A stretch of DNA of 52,311 nt. Origin: Xanthobacteraceae bacterium. Lineage in GTDB: Bacteria; Pseudomonadota; Alphaproteobacteria; Rhizobiales; Xanthobacteraceae. The DNA lies in the NCBI GenBank assembly GCA_046714775.1, contig JBKKAF010000130.1, positions 1-52,311 on the forward strand. The letters are read 5' to 3'. This document shows, one piece after another, positions 18,763 through 27,329 of the stretch (within the stretch, counting starts at the first letter, position 1; each line of letters starts with the position of its first letter). The notes beneath the pieces are model-generated. The model saw only the letters and a program-made list of their open reading frames with translations, did not search any database and was not told where the DNA came from. A program made the translations under genes and the position numbers.

Positions 18763-19386
18763 CTAGGACTTCTTGTCCGCGTCCTGCTCATCCGCCTCGT
18801 CCGGGGCTTCACGGGTGCGTTGCGCTTCGACCACTTCCGGCTCGAAGAAGGCTTCCGCCGCGATCTTCTCCGCTTCGGTGTCCCCTCCCGGCTCACGTGC
18901 GACGGTAACGTCCTCGCCGCGCGCCAGCCGGGCCGCCTCGTCTGCGCTGCGGGCCACGGTGACGCTGATCATGACCGACACTTCAGGGTGCAGCCAGACC
19001 GGAACCTTGTGCAGCCCGATCATCTTGATCGGCGCATTCAACGCGATCTGGGCGCGGTTGACCGCAAAACCCTTGTCGCCAAGCAGCACGGCTACGTCAC
19101 GACTGGAGACCGAGCCATAGAGCTGGCCGCCTTCAGCGGCCTGCCGCAGTATCGTGACGCTCTGGCCGTCGAGCTTCTTGCCGACCGTCTCCGCTTCGCC
19201 GCGCTGTTCCAGGTTACGGGTTTCGAGGTCGGCTTTCATGGTCTCGAAGCGCGAGCGGTTCTCCTTGGTGGCTCGCAACGCCTTGCCTTTCGGCAGCAGA
19301 AAATTGCGCGCGAAGCCGTCTTTCACCCGGACGATGTCGCCCATTTGGCCGAGCTTGGCGACGCGCTCGAGCAGGATCACTTCCAT
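18763..19386 (-). CDS. rplI: 50S ribosomal protein L9 (with acidic C-terminal extension)
   Basis: [39 protein letters not shown] 19386 has GGAGA about 7 nt upstream; the ORF-track start at 19389 is a GTG one codon earlier. Confidence 0.93.
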   Translation of the reverse strand: MEVILLERVAKLGQMGDIVRVKDGFARNFLLPKGKALRATKENRSRFETMKADLETRNLEQRGEAETVGKKLDGQSVTILRQAAEGGQLYGSVSSRDVAVLLGDKGFAVNRAQIALNAPIKMIGLHKVPVWLHPEVSVMISVTVARSADEAARLARGEDVTVAREPGGDTEAEKIAAEAFFEPEVVEAQRTREAPDEADEQDADKKS

Positions 19387-19426
19387 CACACATTCTCCAT
19401 CACTGGTCGGTTGAAGGGGATTGTCA

Positions 19427-20380
19427 TCACGTTGGCAAGATCGGCGGACCGCGCCGGCCGGCGAAGCGGCCGCGAAGATTCAAAGCGGCGTCGGCAAGTC
19501 CGAGCAGCGATGCCGCCAGGATTGGCCAGCCAATAAAAAATACCGAGGCGTAGGCGCCGGTCAGCAGAAACGGACGGCTTGCGATGCCGCGGGTGATGGC
19601 GTGCAGGACGGCAAAGCCCATGATCGCATAGGCCATCAGCAGGCTGGCGCCGAGCACGCCTGACAGGATGCCGAACAGGCCGGGCACGAAAGAGCCGGCG
19701 ATGGCCGCAAGCAGCAGCCATTGGGCAAGCGGGGGCAGCGTCAGGCTGGCGAGATCGGGCCACGGCCGTTGCAGCCGACCGGACATGCGGACGACGCGCC
19801 CTGCCAGCCATAGATTGATCACGCTGGCGACGGTGGCAAGCACGGCGCCCGCGGGCGGGATGACGATCACCAGCAGATCGATCAGGCGGCCGGTCTCTGG
19901 CCGCAACGCCAGGTCCGGCGTCTGGGCGCGAATGGCGCGCTCGAACGAGGTGCGCAACGTGGCCTGAAAGCTTTCCTGGTCGGTGCCGAAATTCGGAATG
20001 GCGATGGCCACGATGAAAGTGCCGATCAGCGCCGCCCACAGCAGCAAACGCCCGGCCGGATACCATTCGAGCCCGCCTTGCGCGCCGTTCCCGGTCGGCC
20101 GCGCGAGCATTGCCAGGTAACCGAGCCACCAGGCCGGCAAGCCGGCGCCAAGAACGAAGGCGAAGGAAAAGAAGATGCCCAGCACCGCGGCGAGGCCAAG
20201 CGCGCCCGTGAGTGCAGCGACGAGGCCCGCCCAGTGGTTCCAGCCGATGGCGGCAATCAGGATCGGCAGCGGCGCCATATAAAACAGCAGCGTGGCGACC
20301 ATCGATCCCGAAGCGATCGACGCAAACAACAGCGCGGAGGCCGCGCCGGCGCTCAACCCGATCAGGAGAATCTGCGTCAT
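19427..20380 (-). CDS. DUF2232-like polytopic membrane protein embedded in the rpsF-rpsR-rplI cluster
   Basis: 317 aa and at least 7 predicted TM stretches, same strand as rpsR and rplI. The same slot holds a transmembrane hypothetical protein in other Rhizobiales (from memory). Confidence 0.65.
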   Translation of the reverse strand: MTQILLIGLSAGAASALLFASIASGSMVATLLFYMAPLPILIAAIGWNHWAGLVAALTGALGLAAVLGIFFSFAFVLGAGLPAWWLGYLAMLARPTGNGAQGGLEWYPAGRLLLWAALIGTFIVAIAIPNFGTDQESFQATLRTSFERAIRAQTPDLALRPETGRLIDLLVIVIPPAGAVLATVASVINLWLAGRVVRMSGRLQRPWPDLASLTLPPLAQWLLLAAIAGSFVPGLFGILSGVLGASLLMAYAIMGFAVLHAITRGIASRPFLLTGAYASVFFIGWPILAASLLGLADAALNLRGRFAGRRGPPILPT

Positions 20381-20509
20381 CGTCAGCTGTCCCGCTTGCT
20401 CAGCGGTTAGAGACGGATCGGTGTCCGTCCCAACCTCGGCATCCGGACAGTCCCGGACGCCTTTAGATTTGTCATCCCGATTGCGGGACGTGGAGTTTCA
20501 ATCCGCGCG

Positions 20510-20585
20510 CTAGTGTCCCGAATCCGAAGTTCGCACACCCCTGCTGCGAACACTGTTGCGAACTTCGGATTCAAAGGGACACTAG
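20510..20585. repeat. long palindromic element 1 (CTAGTGT...ACACTAG)
   Basis: 20510-20535 pairs with 20557-20585: 26 bp with one AAA bulge at 20573-20575 and a 21-nt loop. Confidence 0.85.
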
Positions 20586-20598
20586 CAATCATAGCTTG

Positions 20599-20673
20599 CT
20601 AGTGTGGCTTTGGTTCAGAAGTTCCTCCCGACCCGGCCGCAAGGAAGGGGGAACTTCTGAACCGCCACACTAG
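20599..20673. repeat. long palindromic element 2 (CTAGTGT...ACACTAG), overlapping the rpsR stop codon
   Basis: 20599-20628 pairs with 20647-20673: 27 pairs including one G-U, a TTT bulge at 20609-20611 and an 18-nt loop. Confidence 0.85.
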
Positions 20674-20918
20674 CGGATCAGATAGGGCAGCAGCCCCAGA
20701 AAGCGCGCCCGCTTGATCGCCTTGGCGAGCTCGCGCTGTTTCTTGGCCGAGACCGCGGTGATGCGGCTTGGCACGATCTTGCCGCGCTCGGACACGTAGC
20801 GCTGGAGCAGCTTGGCGTCCTTGTAATCGATTGCCGGCGCGTTGGTGCCGGAGAACGGGCAACTTTTGCGGCGGCGAAAGAACGGCCGGCGGGTGGTCTG
20901 CGTCGAGGAAAAAGCCAT
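20670..20918 (-). CDS. rpsR: 30S ribosomal protein S18
   Basis: [10 protein letters not shown]...IDYKD...[42 protein letters not shown]. Confidence 0.95.
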   Translation of the reverse strand: MAFSSTQTTRRPFFRRRKSCPFSGTNAPAIDYKDAKLLQRYVSERGKIVPSRITAVSAKKQRELAKAIKRARFLGLLPYLIR

Positions 20919-20923
20919 GGCTG

Positions 20924-21403
20924 TTACTCCTCCGCCGCGGCGGCAGGCGCCGCATCGTCACGGGGCGGCCGTTCGCCACGGTCGCGATCACGATCCCGGA
21001 AGCCGCCGCCACGGTCGCCGCGATCGCCACGATCGCGATCCCGGAAGCCGCCGCCGCGCTCGTCGCGATCACGGTCGCGGTCGGCCTTGCGCATCATTGC
21101 CGACGGGCCTTCCTCATGTGCTTCGACCCGCACGGTGAGATAGCGCACGACATCTTCGTTCAGCCGTTCCTGCCGCTCGATCTCGTTGATCGCTGCCGCC
21201 GGTCCGTCGACGTTCAATAGCGTGAAATGCGCCTTGCGGTTTTTTCGCATCCGGTAGCTGAGCGAACGCAAGCCCCATTGCTCGGTCTTGGTGACCTTGC
21301 CACCCATTTGCTCGATGATACCGGTGAGGTGAGCGGTCAATTCCTCGACCTGCTGCGCGCTGACGTCCTGGCGCGCGAGGAAGACGTGTTCGTATAACGA
21401 CAT
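20924..21403 (-). CDS. rpsF: 30S ribosomal protein S6 (with RD/GGGF-repeat C-terminal tail)
   Basis: [15 protein letters not shown]...[18 protein letters not shown]. Start set at ATG 21403. The tail is [37 protein letters not shown]. Confidence 0.93.
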   Translation of the reverse strand: MSLYEHVFLARQDVSAQQVEELTAHLTGIIEQMGGKVTKTEQWGLRSLSYRMRKNRKAHFTLLNVDGPAAAINEIERQERLNEDVVRYLTVRVEAHEEGPSAMMRKADRDRDRDERGGGFRDRDRGDRGDRGGGFRDRDRDRGERPPRDDAAPAAAAEE

Positions 21404-21659
21404 GCTTTGCCTTTCCATGCATCCAAAGCTCGACCGGCGCGAAGCCCCTCGAGCCCTTTCGGAAGGCTCGAATGCTGCGAAGGCGGGAACACGGGACGCC
21501 GGGCCATCAGGCCCTGCCGCTCGGCTTGGGCAGCCGCGCAGCCGTCCGTTCAGTTCCCGACCGGAACGAGCGGAAGGCCGCTTTATAGGGGGTTTCGCCC
21601 GAAAGGCAAGCTGCCGAAGGGTTGCCTGGCGGCCTCGGAGGCGGGGCCGGTTCGGCGGC

Positions 21660-21689
21660 TTGACAGCGATCGACGCCCCAGTGTCTTAC
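21660..21689 (+). promoter_or_regulatory. candidate sigma70-type promoter for fabD-fabG
   Basis: Perfect TTGACA at 21660-21665, but only a weak -10 candidate (TCTTAC, 18-nt spacer), about 27 nt upstream of the fabD ATG. Sequence match only. Confidence 0.25.
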
Positions 21690-21715
21690 GGCGGGACGTG
21701 TCGAAAGGGTGGGGA

Positions 21716-22660
21716 ATGTCGGTCGCATTCGTGTTTCCAGGACAGGGCAGCCAGGCGGTGGGCATGGGCAAGGCGTTGGCGGCGTCCTTTCCGGCCGCTC
21801 GTGCGGTATTCGATGAGGTGGATGCCGCGCTCGGCGACAAGCTAAGCGCGGTGATGTGGGACGGACCGGCCGAGACGCTGATGCTGACGGAGAATGCCCA
21901 GCCCGCGCTCGTCGCGGTATCGCTGGCCGCGATGCGGGTGCTGGAAGCGGAAGCCGGGGTCGACCTGGTGCGCGAGGCGCAATTCGTCGCCGGTCATTCG
22001 GTCGGTGAATATTCCGCACTGGCGGCGGCCGGTGCGATGTCGGTGACCGACGCAGTGCGGCTGGTGCGCATCCGCGGACGCTCCATGCAACAGGCGGTGC
22101 CGGTGGGCGTCGGCGCCATGGCGGCGCTGATCGGCGTAGATTTCGAGCAGGCGGCTGCGATCGCCGCTGAAGCCGCGCAGGGCGAAGTCTGCCAGGCGGC
22201 GAACGACAATGGCGGCGGCCAGGTGGTGATCTCGGGTCACCAGGGCGCGGTGGAACGCGCGGTCGAATTGGCCAAGGCCAAGGGCGTCAAACGCGCAATG
22301 ATGCTGCCGGTGTCCGGTCCGTTCCATTCCGCGCTGATGCAACCGACCGCCGACGTGATGGCGCAGGCGCTGGCAAAGGTTACAATCAAGCCGCCGAGCG
22401 TTCCGCTGGTTGCCAATGTGGCCGCCAAGCCGGTCAGCGAGCCGTCGCAGCTCAGGCAGGGCTTGGTCGATCAGGTGACCGGCACAGTGCGTTGGCGGGA
22501 ATCGGTGGCGTTCATGGCGGAGGCGGGAGTCACGACCTTCTACGAGGTTGGCTCGGGCAAGGTGCTCTCCGGTCTCATCAGACGCATCGCCGAAGGCGCC
22601 AGCAGTGTTTCGGTCGGCACGCCGGAGGACGTCGCTGCCTTCAAGGCGGCACGCGGATGA
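21716..22660 (+). CDS. fabD: malonyl-CoA:ACP transacylase
   Basis: FVFPGQGSQ and active-site GHSVGEYSAL. Start set at ATG 21716 (MSVAFVFPGQGSQ). The upstream 103 codons of the ORF are non-homologous. Confidence 0.93.
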   Translation: MSVAFVFPGQGSQAVGMGKALAASFPAARAVFDEVDAALGDKLSAVMWDGPAETLMLTENAQPALVAVSLAAMRVLEAEAGVDLVREAQFVAGHSVGEYSALAAAGAMSVTDAVRLVRIRGRSMQQAVPVGVGAMAALIGVDFEQAAAIAAEAAQGEVCQAANDNGGGQVVISGHQGAVERAVELAKAKGVKRAMMLPVSGPFHSALMQPTADVMAQALAKVTIKPPSVPLVANVAAKPVSEPSQLRQGLVDQVTGTVRWRESVAFMAEAGVTTFYEVGSGKVLSGLIRRIAEGASSVSVGTPEDVAAFKAARG

Positions 22661-22697
22661 CGCGGGCGCGTCAACAAAACATCCAGGGAGAAGCGCT

Positions 22698-23435
22698 ATG
22701 TTCGATTTGACCGGCAGGACCGCCCTGGTCACCGGCGCCACCGGCGGGATCGGTGGCGCAATCGCCCGGGCGCTGCACGGCAATGGCGCGACCGTGACGC
22801 TGTCGGGCACGCGCCGTGACGTGCTCGATCAACTGGCCGGCGATCTCCGCGAGCGCGTCCACGTGCTGCCCTGCAACCTCGCGAACAAGGACGAGGTCGA
22901 AGCGCTCGTGCCCCAGTCGGAAGAGACGATGGGCAAGCTCGACATCCTGGTCGCAAATGCTGGCGTCACCCGCGACAATCTGTTCGTGCAATTGAGCGAC
23001 GAGGCCTGGGACGAGGTGATTGCCGTCAATCTGACGGCGACCTTTCGCCTCACACGGGCGGCGGTGAAGGGCATGATGCGCCGGCGCTACGGCCGCGTGA
23101 TCGGCATCACATCGGTGGTCGGGGTCACCGGCAATGCCGGGCAGGGCAATTATGCCGCCACCAAGGCCGGCATGATCGGCATGATGAAGTCGGTCGCGCA
23201 GGAATATGCCAAGCGCAATGTGACGGCGAACTGCATCGCGCCGGGCTTCATCGCCACGCCGATGACCGACAAGCTGAACGACAAGCAGCGCGAGGCGATC
23301 CTCGGCCGGGTGCCGGTCGGGCGGCTCGGCTCGGGCGCGGATATCGCGGCGGCGGCGGTCTATCTGGCCTCCGACGAGGCAGCCTATGTCACGGGCCAGA
23401 CACTGCATGTGAATGGTGGAATGGCCATGTTTTGA
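22698..23435 (+). CDS. fabG: 3-oxoacyl-ACP reductase
   Basis: TGATGGIGGAIA, NAG, catalytic YAATKAG. ATG 22698 is preceded by GGGAGAAG. Confidence 0.93.
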   Translation: MFDLTGRTALVTGATGGIGGAIARALHGNGATVTLSGTRRDVLDQLAGDLRERVHVLPCNLANKDEVEALVPQSEETMGKLDILVANAGVTRDNLFVQLSDEAWDEVIAVNLTATFRLTRAAVKGMMRRRYGRVIGITSVVGVTGNAGQGNYAATKAGMIGMMKSVAQEYAKRNVTANCIAPGFIATPMTDKLNDKQREAILGRVPVGRLGSGADIAAAAVYLASDEAAYVTGQTLHVNGGMAMF

Positions 23436-23673
23436 GGTCCGGTCGCGCGGCTCGCAGCGGTTCTGGCGTGACGGTGCGGGTATGCTGGTCAAGGCTTTTG
23501 AAGTATGGTAACCGACCTCGGCTTGGCTGAGGAATTACGACGGGGCCGGCGGGGGCTCGCGCGGTCCGCTCGCGACCACAGTGGAGCTACCACCGTCGGC
23601 CACCAAGGCCATTCCACACCGGCTCGAGGCGACGACCGATCGAGCTCAATCCGACCTACACGAGGACGCAGCG

Positions 23674-23913
23674 ATGAGTGACATTGGCGAGCGGGTAAAA
23701 AAGATCGTCGTGGAGCATTTGGGCGTCGAGGCCGACAAGGTGACAGAGAACGCAAGCTTCATTGACGATCTCGGTGCCGACAGCCTCGACACCGTCGAAC
23801 TCGTGATGTCATTCTAGGAAGAGTTCGGCTGCGAGATTCCCGACGATGCGGCCGAAACCATCCTGACGGTGGGTGACGCGGTCAAATTTCTCGAAAAGAA
23901 CGCAAAAAGCTGA
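23674..23913 (+). pseudogene. acpP: acyl carrier protein AcpP reading frame interrupted by an in-frame TAG at codon 48 (23815-23817)
   Basis: [84 protein letters not shown]. The two parts are colinear with a 79-codon AcpP (DSL phosphopantetheine site present). GAGGA lies upstream of the ATG. Confidence 0.85.
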
Positions 23914-24023
23914 ACTCCCTGCTTTTCGCTGCGGTTTCTGACGGTTGGCGCGGATCACGCCGCGCTTTGGCGCTGACGCGCGCCAGGCGCATATAGTCGT
24001 TACGGGAGCCTGCGGAGCCGTAG

Positions 24024-25289
24024 ATGAGGCGTGTCGTCGTCACAGGGCTGGGGATGGTTACGCCGCTCGGCTGCGGCGTCGAGACCACGTGGCAGCGGCT
24101 GATCCGGGGCGACAGCGGCGCCAAGCGTATCGAGTCGTTCGACGTTTCCGATCTGTCGGCCAAGATCGCCTGCCAGATCCCGCGCGGCGACGGTTCCAAC
24201 GGAACCTACAATCCCGACCAGTGGATGGAGCCGAAAGAGCAGCGCAAGGTCGACGACTTCATCGTCTTTGCGATGAGCGCGGCGCGCCAGGCGCTCGACG
24301 ATGCCGAATGGCACCCGGCCTCGCAGGACGACCAGGTGACGACGGGCGTGATGATCGGCTCCGGCATCGGCGGCGTCGAAGGCATTGCCGACACCGCCAT
24401 AACCTTGAAGGAAAGGGGGCCGCGCCGGGTGTCGCCGTTCTTCATTCCCGGACGGCTGATCAATCTGGCATCCGGCTATGTGTCGATCGAATTCGGACTG
24501 AAAGGTCCCAACCATGCGGTGGTCACGGCGTGTTCGACCGGCGCCCATGCGATCGGCGACGCCGGCCGCATGATCGCGCTCGGCGATGCCGACGTCATGG
24601 TGGCGGGCGGCACTGAATCTCCGGTCAACCGCATCGCGCTCGCCGGCTTCTCGGCGCTGCGCGCCCTGTCGACCGGGTTCAACGACACGCCCGAGCGCGC
24701 CTCGCGTCCCTATGACAAGGACCGCGATGGATTCGTGATGGGCGAGGGCGCCGGCGTGCTGGTGCTGGAGGACTACGATCACGCCAAACGCCGCGGCGCC
24801 AAGATTCACGCCGAGCTGATCGGCTACGGACTGTCCGGCGACGCCTATCACATCACCGCGCCCACGCCCGATGGCGACGGCGCGCTCCGCTGCATGACCG
24901 CGGCTATGAAGCGCGCCGGCGTCACGCCGGCGGAACTCGACTACATCAATGCCCACGGCACTTCGACGCCGCTCGGCGACGAGATCGAGCTCGGCGCGGT
25001 GCAACGTCTGGTCGGCAATGCCGCCGGCCGGATGTCGATGTCGTCGACCAAATCCTCCATCGGCCATTTGCTCGGCGCGGCCGGCGCGGTCGAAGCGATC
25101 TTCTCGATTCTGGCCATTCGCGACCGGGTGGCGCCGCCGACACTCAATCTCGACAATCCGTCGGTCGAAACGCCGATTGACCTGGTGCCGCATAAATCCA
25201 AGCAGCAAGACATCGACGTGGTTTTGTCGAACTCTTTCGGCTTCGGCGGAACCAACGCATCCTTGGTGTTCCGACGCCTTGTGGATTAG
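24024..25289 (+). CDS. fabF: 3-oxoacyl-ACP synthase II
   Basis: Active-site Cys VVTACSTGAHAI, His motifs NAHGTSTP and GHLLGAAG. 421 aa. Confidence 0.95.
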   Translation: MRRVVVTGLGMVTPLGCGVETTWQRLIRGDSGAKRIESFDVSDLSAKIACQIPRGDGSNGTYNPDQWMEPKEQRKVDDFIVFAMSAARQALDDAEWHPASQDDQVTTGVMIGSGIGGVEGIADTAITLKERGPRRVSPFFIPGRLINLASGYVSIEFGLKGPNHAVVTACSTGAHAIGDAGRMIALGDADVMVAGGTESPVNRIALAGFSALRALSTGFNDTPERASRPYDKDRDGFVMGEGAGVLVLEDYDHAKRRGAKIHAELIGYGLSGDAYHITAPTPDGDGALRCMTAAMKRAGVTPAELDYINAHGTSTPLGDEIELGAVQRLVGNAAGRMSMSSTKSSIGHLLGAAGAVEAIFSILAIRDRVAPPTLNLDNPSVETPIDLVPHKSKQQDIDVVLSNSFGFGGTNASLVFRRLVD

Positions 25290-25511
25290 CGCCAGCACGC
25301 GCTGGCCGCGGCTTCAACCTTTCGCCATATTCGCTTCTAACGTAGGCCTGTTCGGGCGTCTGATTCTGTTGTCGTGTGCCGAACGAATGCGTCCTGCCGG
25401 ATGCGGCCCGAATGAATGCGTCCGAACCAATAACGACAAGAAATAACCTTCCTTTAAAGCGGGCATCGCCCGCGAGTTGGTGGTTGCGATCGTGGCAAGC
25501 GGCAACGCGGG

Positions 25512-27227
25512 GTGTCGGACGTGAATCCGGGGAGCACACCGCCTGGTAGCAACGGCGCCGGGCCCCTGCGTCCGCGTGCGCCATCGGCGCAGTCTGACGA
25601 GCGTGGCTTCGATCCCACGGACGTCCGGATCGCACCTGCTTGGTTGCCGCAGCCGGCAGCCGAAACAGCCCTAGCTATGGCGGCGGATGGAACTTTGGCC
25701 GCCGAACATCAAACGGGCCGAAATCTTTCCGAATCCGACGGAGTTGGGCATCGCAGAGCGCCCGGACTGCCGCCGCCCCCGGCGTCCTTTGGATCGGCGA
25801 GCAAACTCAAGAGCGAATCCAAGAGCAAGCCCGAGACCGCGCCCGCCGTTCCGGCTATGACGGGGCCGCCGATGTCGGCTATGGTCGGGCCTGCTCCGCC
25901 TCCGGCCGGCTCTTCCGCGCCCGGCCGCGGCGCATCCCCTTCCGCTTCGGCGCGGCCTCCGCTGCCTGGCGCGGGCGAACCGGATCCGCCCATTCCCGGG
26001 CATCCCATCAATGGACTTGGCGCATCGCTTATGGAGCAAAAACGGATCACCCCGCGCAGCCCGCGCGCCGCTCTTGAGCCGGAGCATGTGCCGCTGCCGA
26101 CCCGGCCGTCGAAGCGAACGCGCAATCCGCTCGTCATTGTCGGAAATGCCATTTTCACGCTGCTGGTCCTGGTCGCTTTCGCCGGCGGCACCGCCATCAT
26201 GCTCGGCAAGCAGCGGTTCGAAGCGCCCGGCCCGCTTGAGCAGGATAAGACCGTTGTCATTCCGCCCCGCCTCGGGATGGTGGAGATCGCCGACCTCTTG
26301 AAGCGGGAAGGTGTGATCGACGAGCACCGGATCGTCTTTGTCAGCGGCGTGTTCGCGCTCAAGGCGCGCAGCGATCTGAAATCCGGCGAATATCTGTTCG
26401 TCAAGCGCGCCAGCGTCCGCGACGTGGTGGAAACCATGGTCGAGGGCAAGGTGGTCCAGCACTCCTTCACGATTCCCGAAGGGTTGACCTCCGAACAGAT
26501 CGTGGCGCGCCTTCTGGAGAACGACATCCTGTCCGGCACCATCAAGGACGTGCCGCGCGAAGGCACCATGTTGCCGGAGACTTACAGCTTCCCGCGCGGC
26601 TTCACTCGCGAGCAATTGATCCAGCGGATGCAGCAGGGGCAGCAGCGGCTGATCAAGGACGTCTGGGATCGGCGCAACGGTGATCTGCCTCTGCGATCGC
26701 TGGAGCAGTTGATCATCCTCGCCTCGATCATCGAGAAGGAAACCAGCAAGCCGGAGGAGCGCACGCGGATCGCGGCGGTGTTCGTCAATCGCCTGAAGCA
26801 GCGGATGAAGCTGCAATCCGATCCGACCATCATCTATGGCCTGGTGCGCGGCAAGGGCGCGCTCGGCCGGCCGATTTCACGGCGCGATATCGAGCAACCG
26901 ACCGAATACAACACCTATGTCATCGATGGATTGCCGCCCGGGCCGATCGCCAATCCGGGGCGGGCGTCGCTCGAGGCTGCGGCCAATCCGGCGCGCACCA
27001 AGGAACTGTTTTTCGCTGCCGACGGCACCGGCGGTCATGCCTTCGCCGACACCTACGACCAGCACCTGAAGAACGTCGCGCGCCTGCGCGTGATCGAGCA
27101 GGACCAGAACAAGGAACCGGCGGCATCCGATGCGTCGCCGTCGCCCGCCGCCCCGCGCGCTCCGGCGCCGCGGCCCAAGCGTGGCGCCAATGGCGCACCG
27201 AAAGCGGCGAAAGCCGCCGCGCAGTGA
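25512..27227 (+). CDS. mltG: endolytic murein transglycosylase MltG (YceG-like); start codon uncertain
   Basis: TM segment (LVIVGNAIFTLLVLVAFAGG) followed by a YceG domain (TIPEGLTSEQI...LASIIEKETSKPEER...VFVNRLKQRMKLQSDPTIIYG...YNTY...GLPPGPIANPG). The first roughly 173 codons are P/A/S-rich with visibly more A/T-ending codons. An alternative in-frame ATG lies at 26031. Confidence 0.8.
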   Translation: MSDVNPGSTPPGSNGAGPLRPRAPSAQSDERGFDPTDVRIAPAWLPQPAAETALAMAADGTLAAEHQTGRNLSESDGVGHRRAPGLPPPPASFGSASKLKSESKSKPETAPAVPAMTGPPMSAMVGPAPPPAGSSAPGRGASPSASARPPLPGAGEPDPPIPGHPINGLGASLMEQKRITPRSPRAALEPEHVPLPTRPSKRTRNPLVIVGNAIFTLLVLVAFAGGTAIMLGKQRFEAPGPLEQDKTVVIPPRLGMVEIADLLKREGVIDEHRIVFVSGVFALKARSDLKSGEYLFVKRASVRDVVETMVEGKVVQHSFTIPEGLTSEQIVARLLENDILSGTIKDVPREGTMLPETYSFPRGFTREQLIQRMQQGQQRLIKDVWDRRNGDLPLRSLEQLIILASIIEKETSKPEERTRIAAVFVNRLKQRMKLQSDPTIIYGLVRGKGALGRPISRRDIEQPTEYNTYVIDGLPPGPIANPGRASLEAAANPARTKELFFAADGTGGHAFADTYDQHLKNVARLRVIEQDQNKEPAASDASPSPAAPRAPAPRPKRGANGAPKAAKAAAQ

Positions 27228-27329
27228 GATTTGCCGGCGGCGCCGGCCGGTCTTGTGACCACCATCACCCGCCGCTAAGGTCGCCGCCGAATCTGTCATC
27301 CAGGATTCCTGCACAACGGGTGAAAGCCG

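Noticed and set aside
20599-21072. 157-aa minus-strand ORF spanning the hairpin element, rpsR and the rpsF tail in another frame.
   Set aside because: It overlaps two bona fide ribosomal protein genes out of frame. It is generated by the GC-rich repeat of the S6 tail.
24000-25298. 432-aa ORF antisense to fabF.
   Set aside because: Same reasoning: it mirrors the fabF frame, is low complexity and Arg-rich, and has no recognisable motifs.
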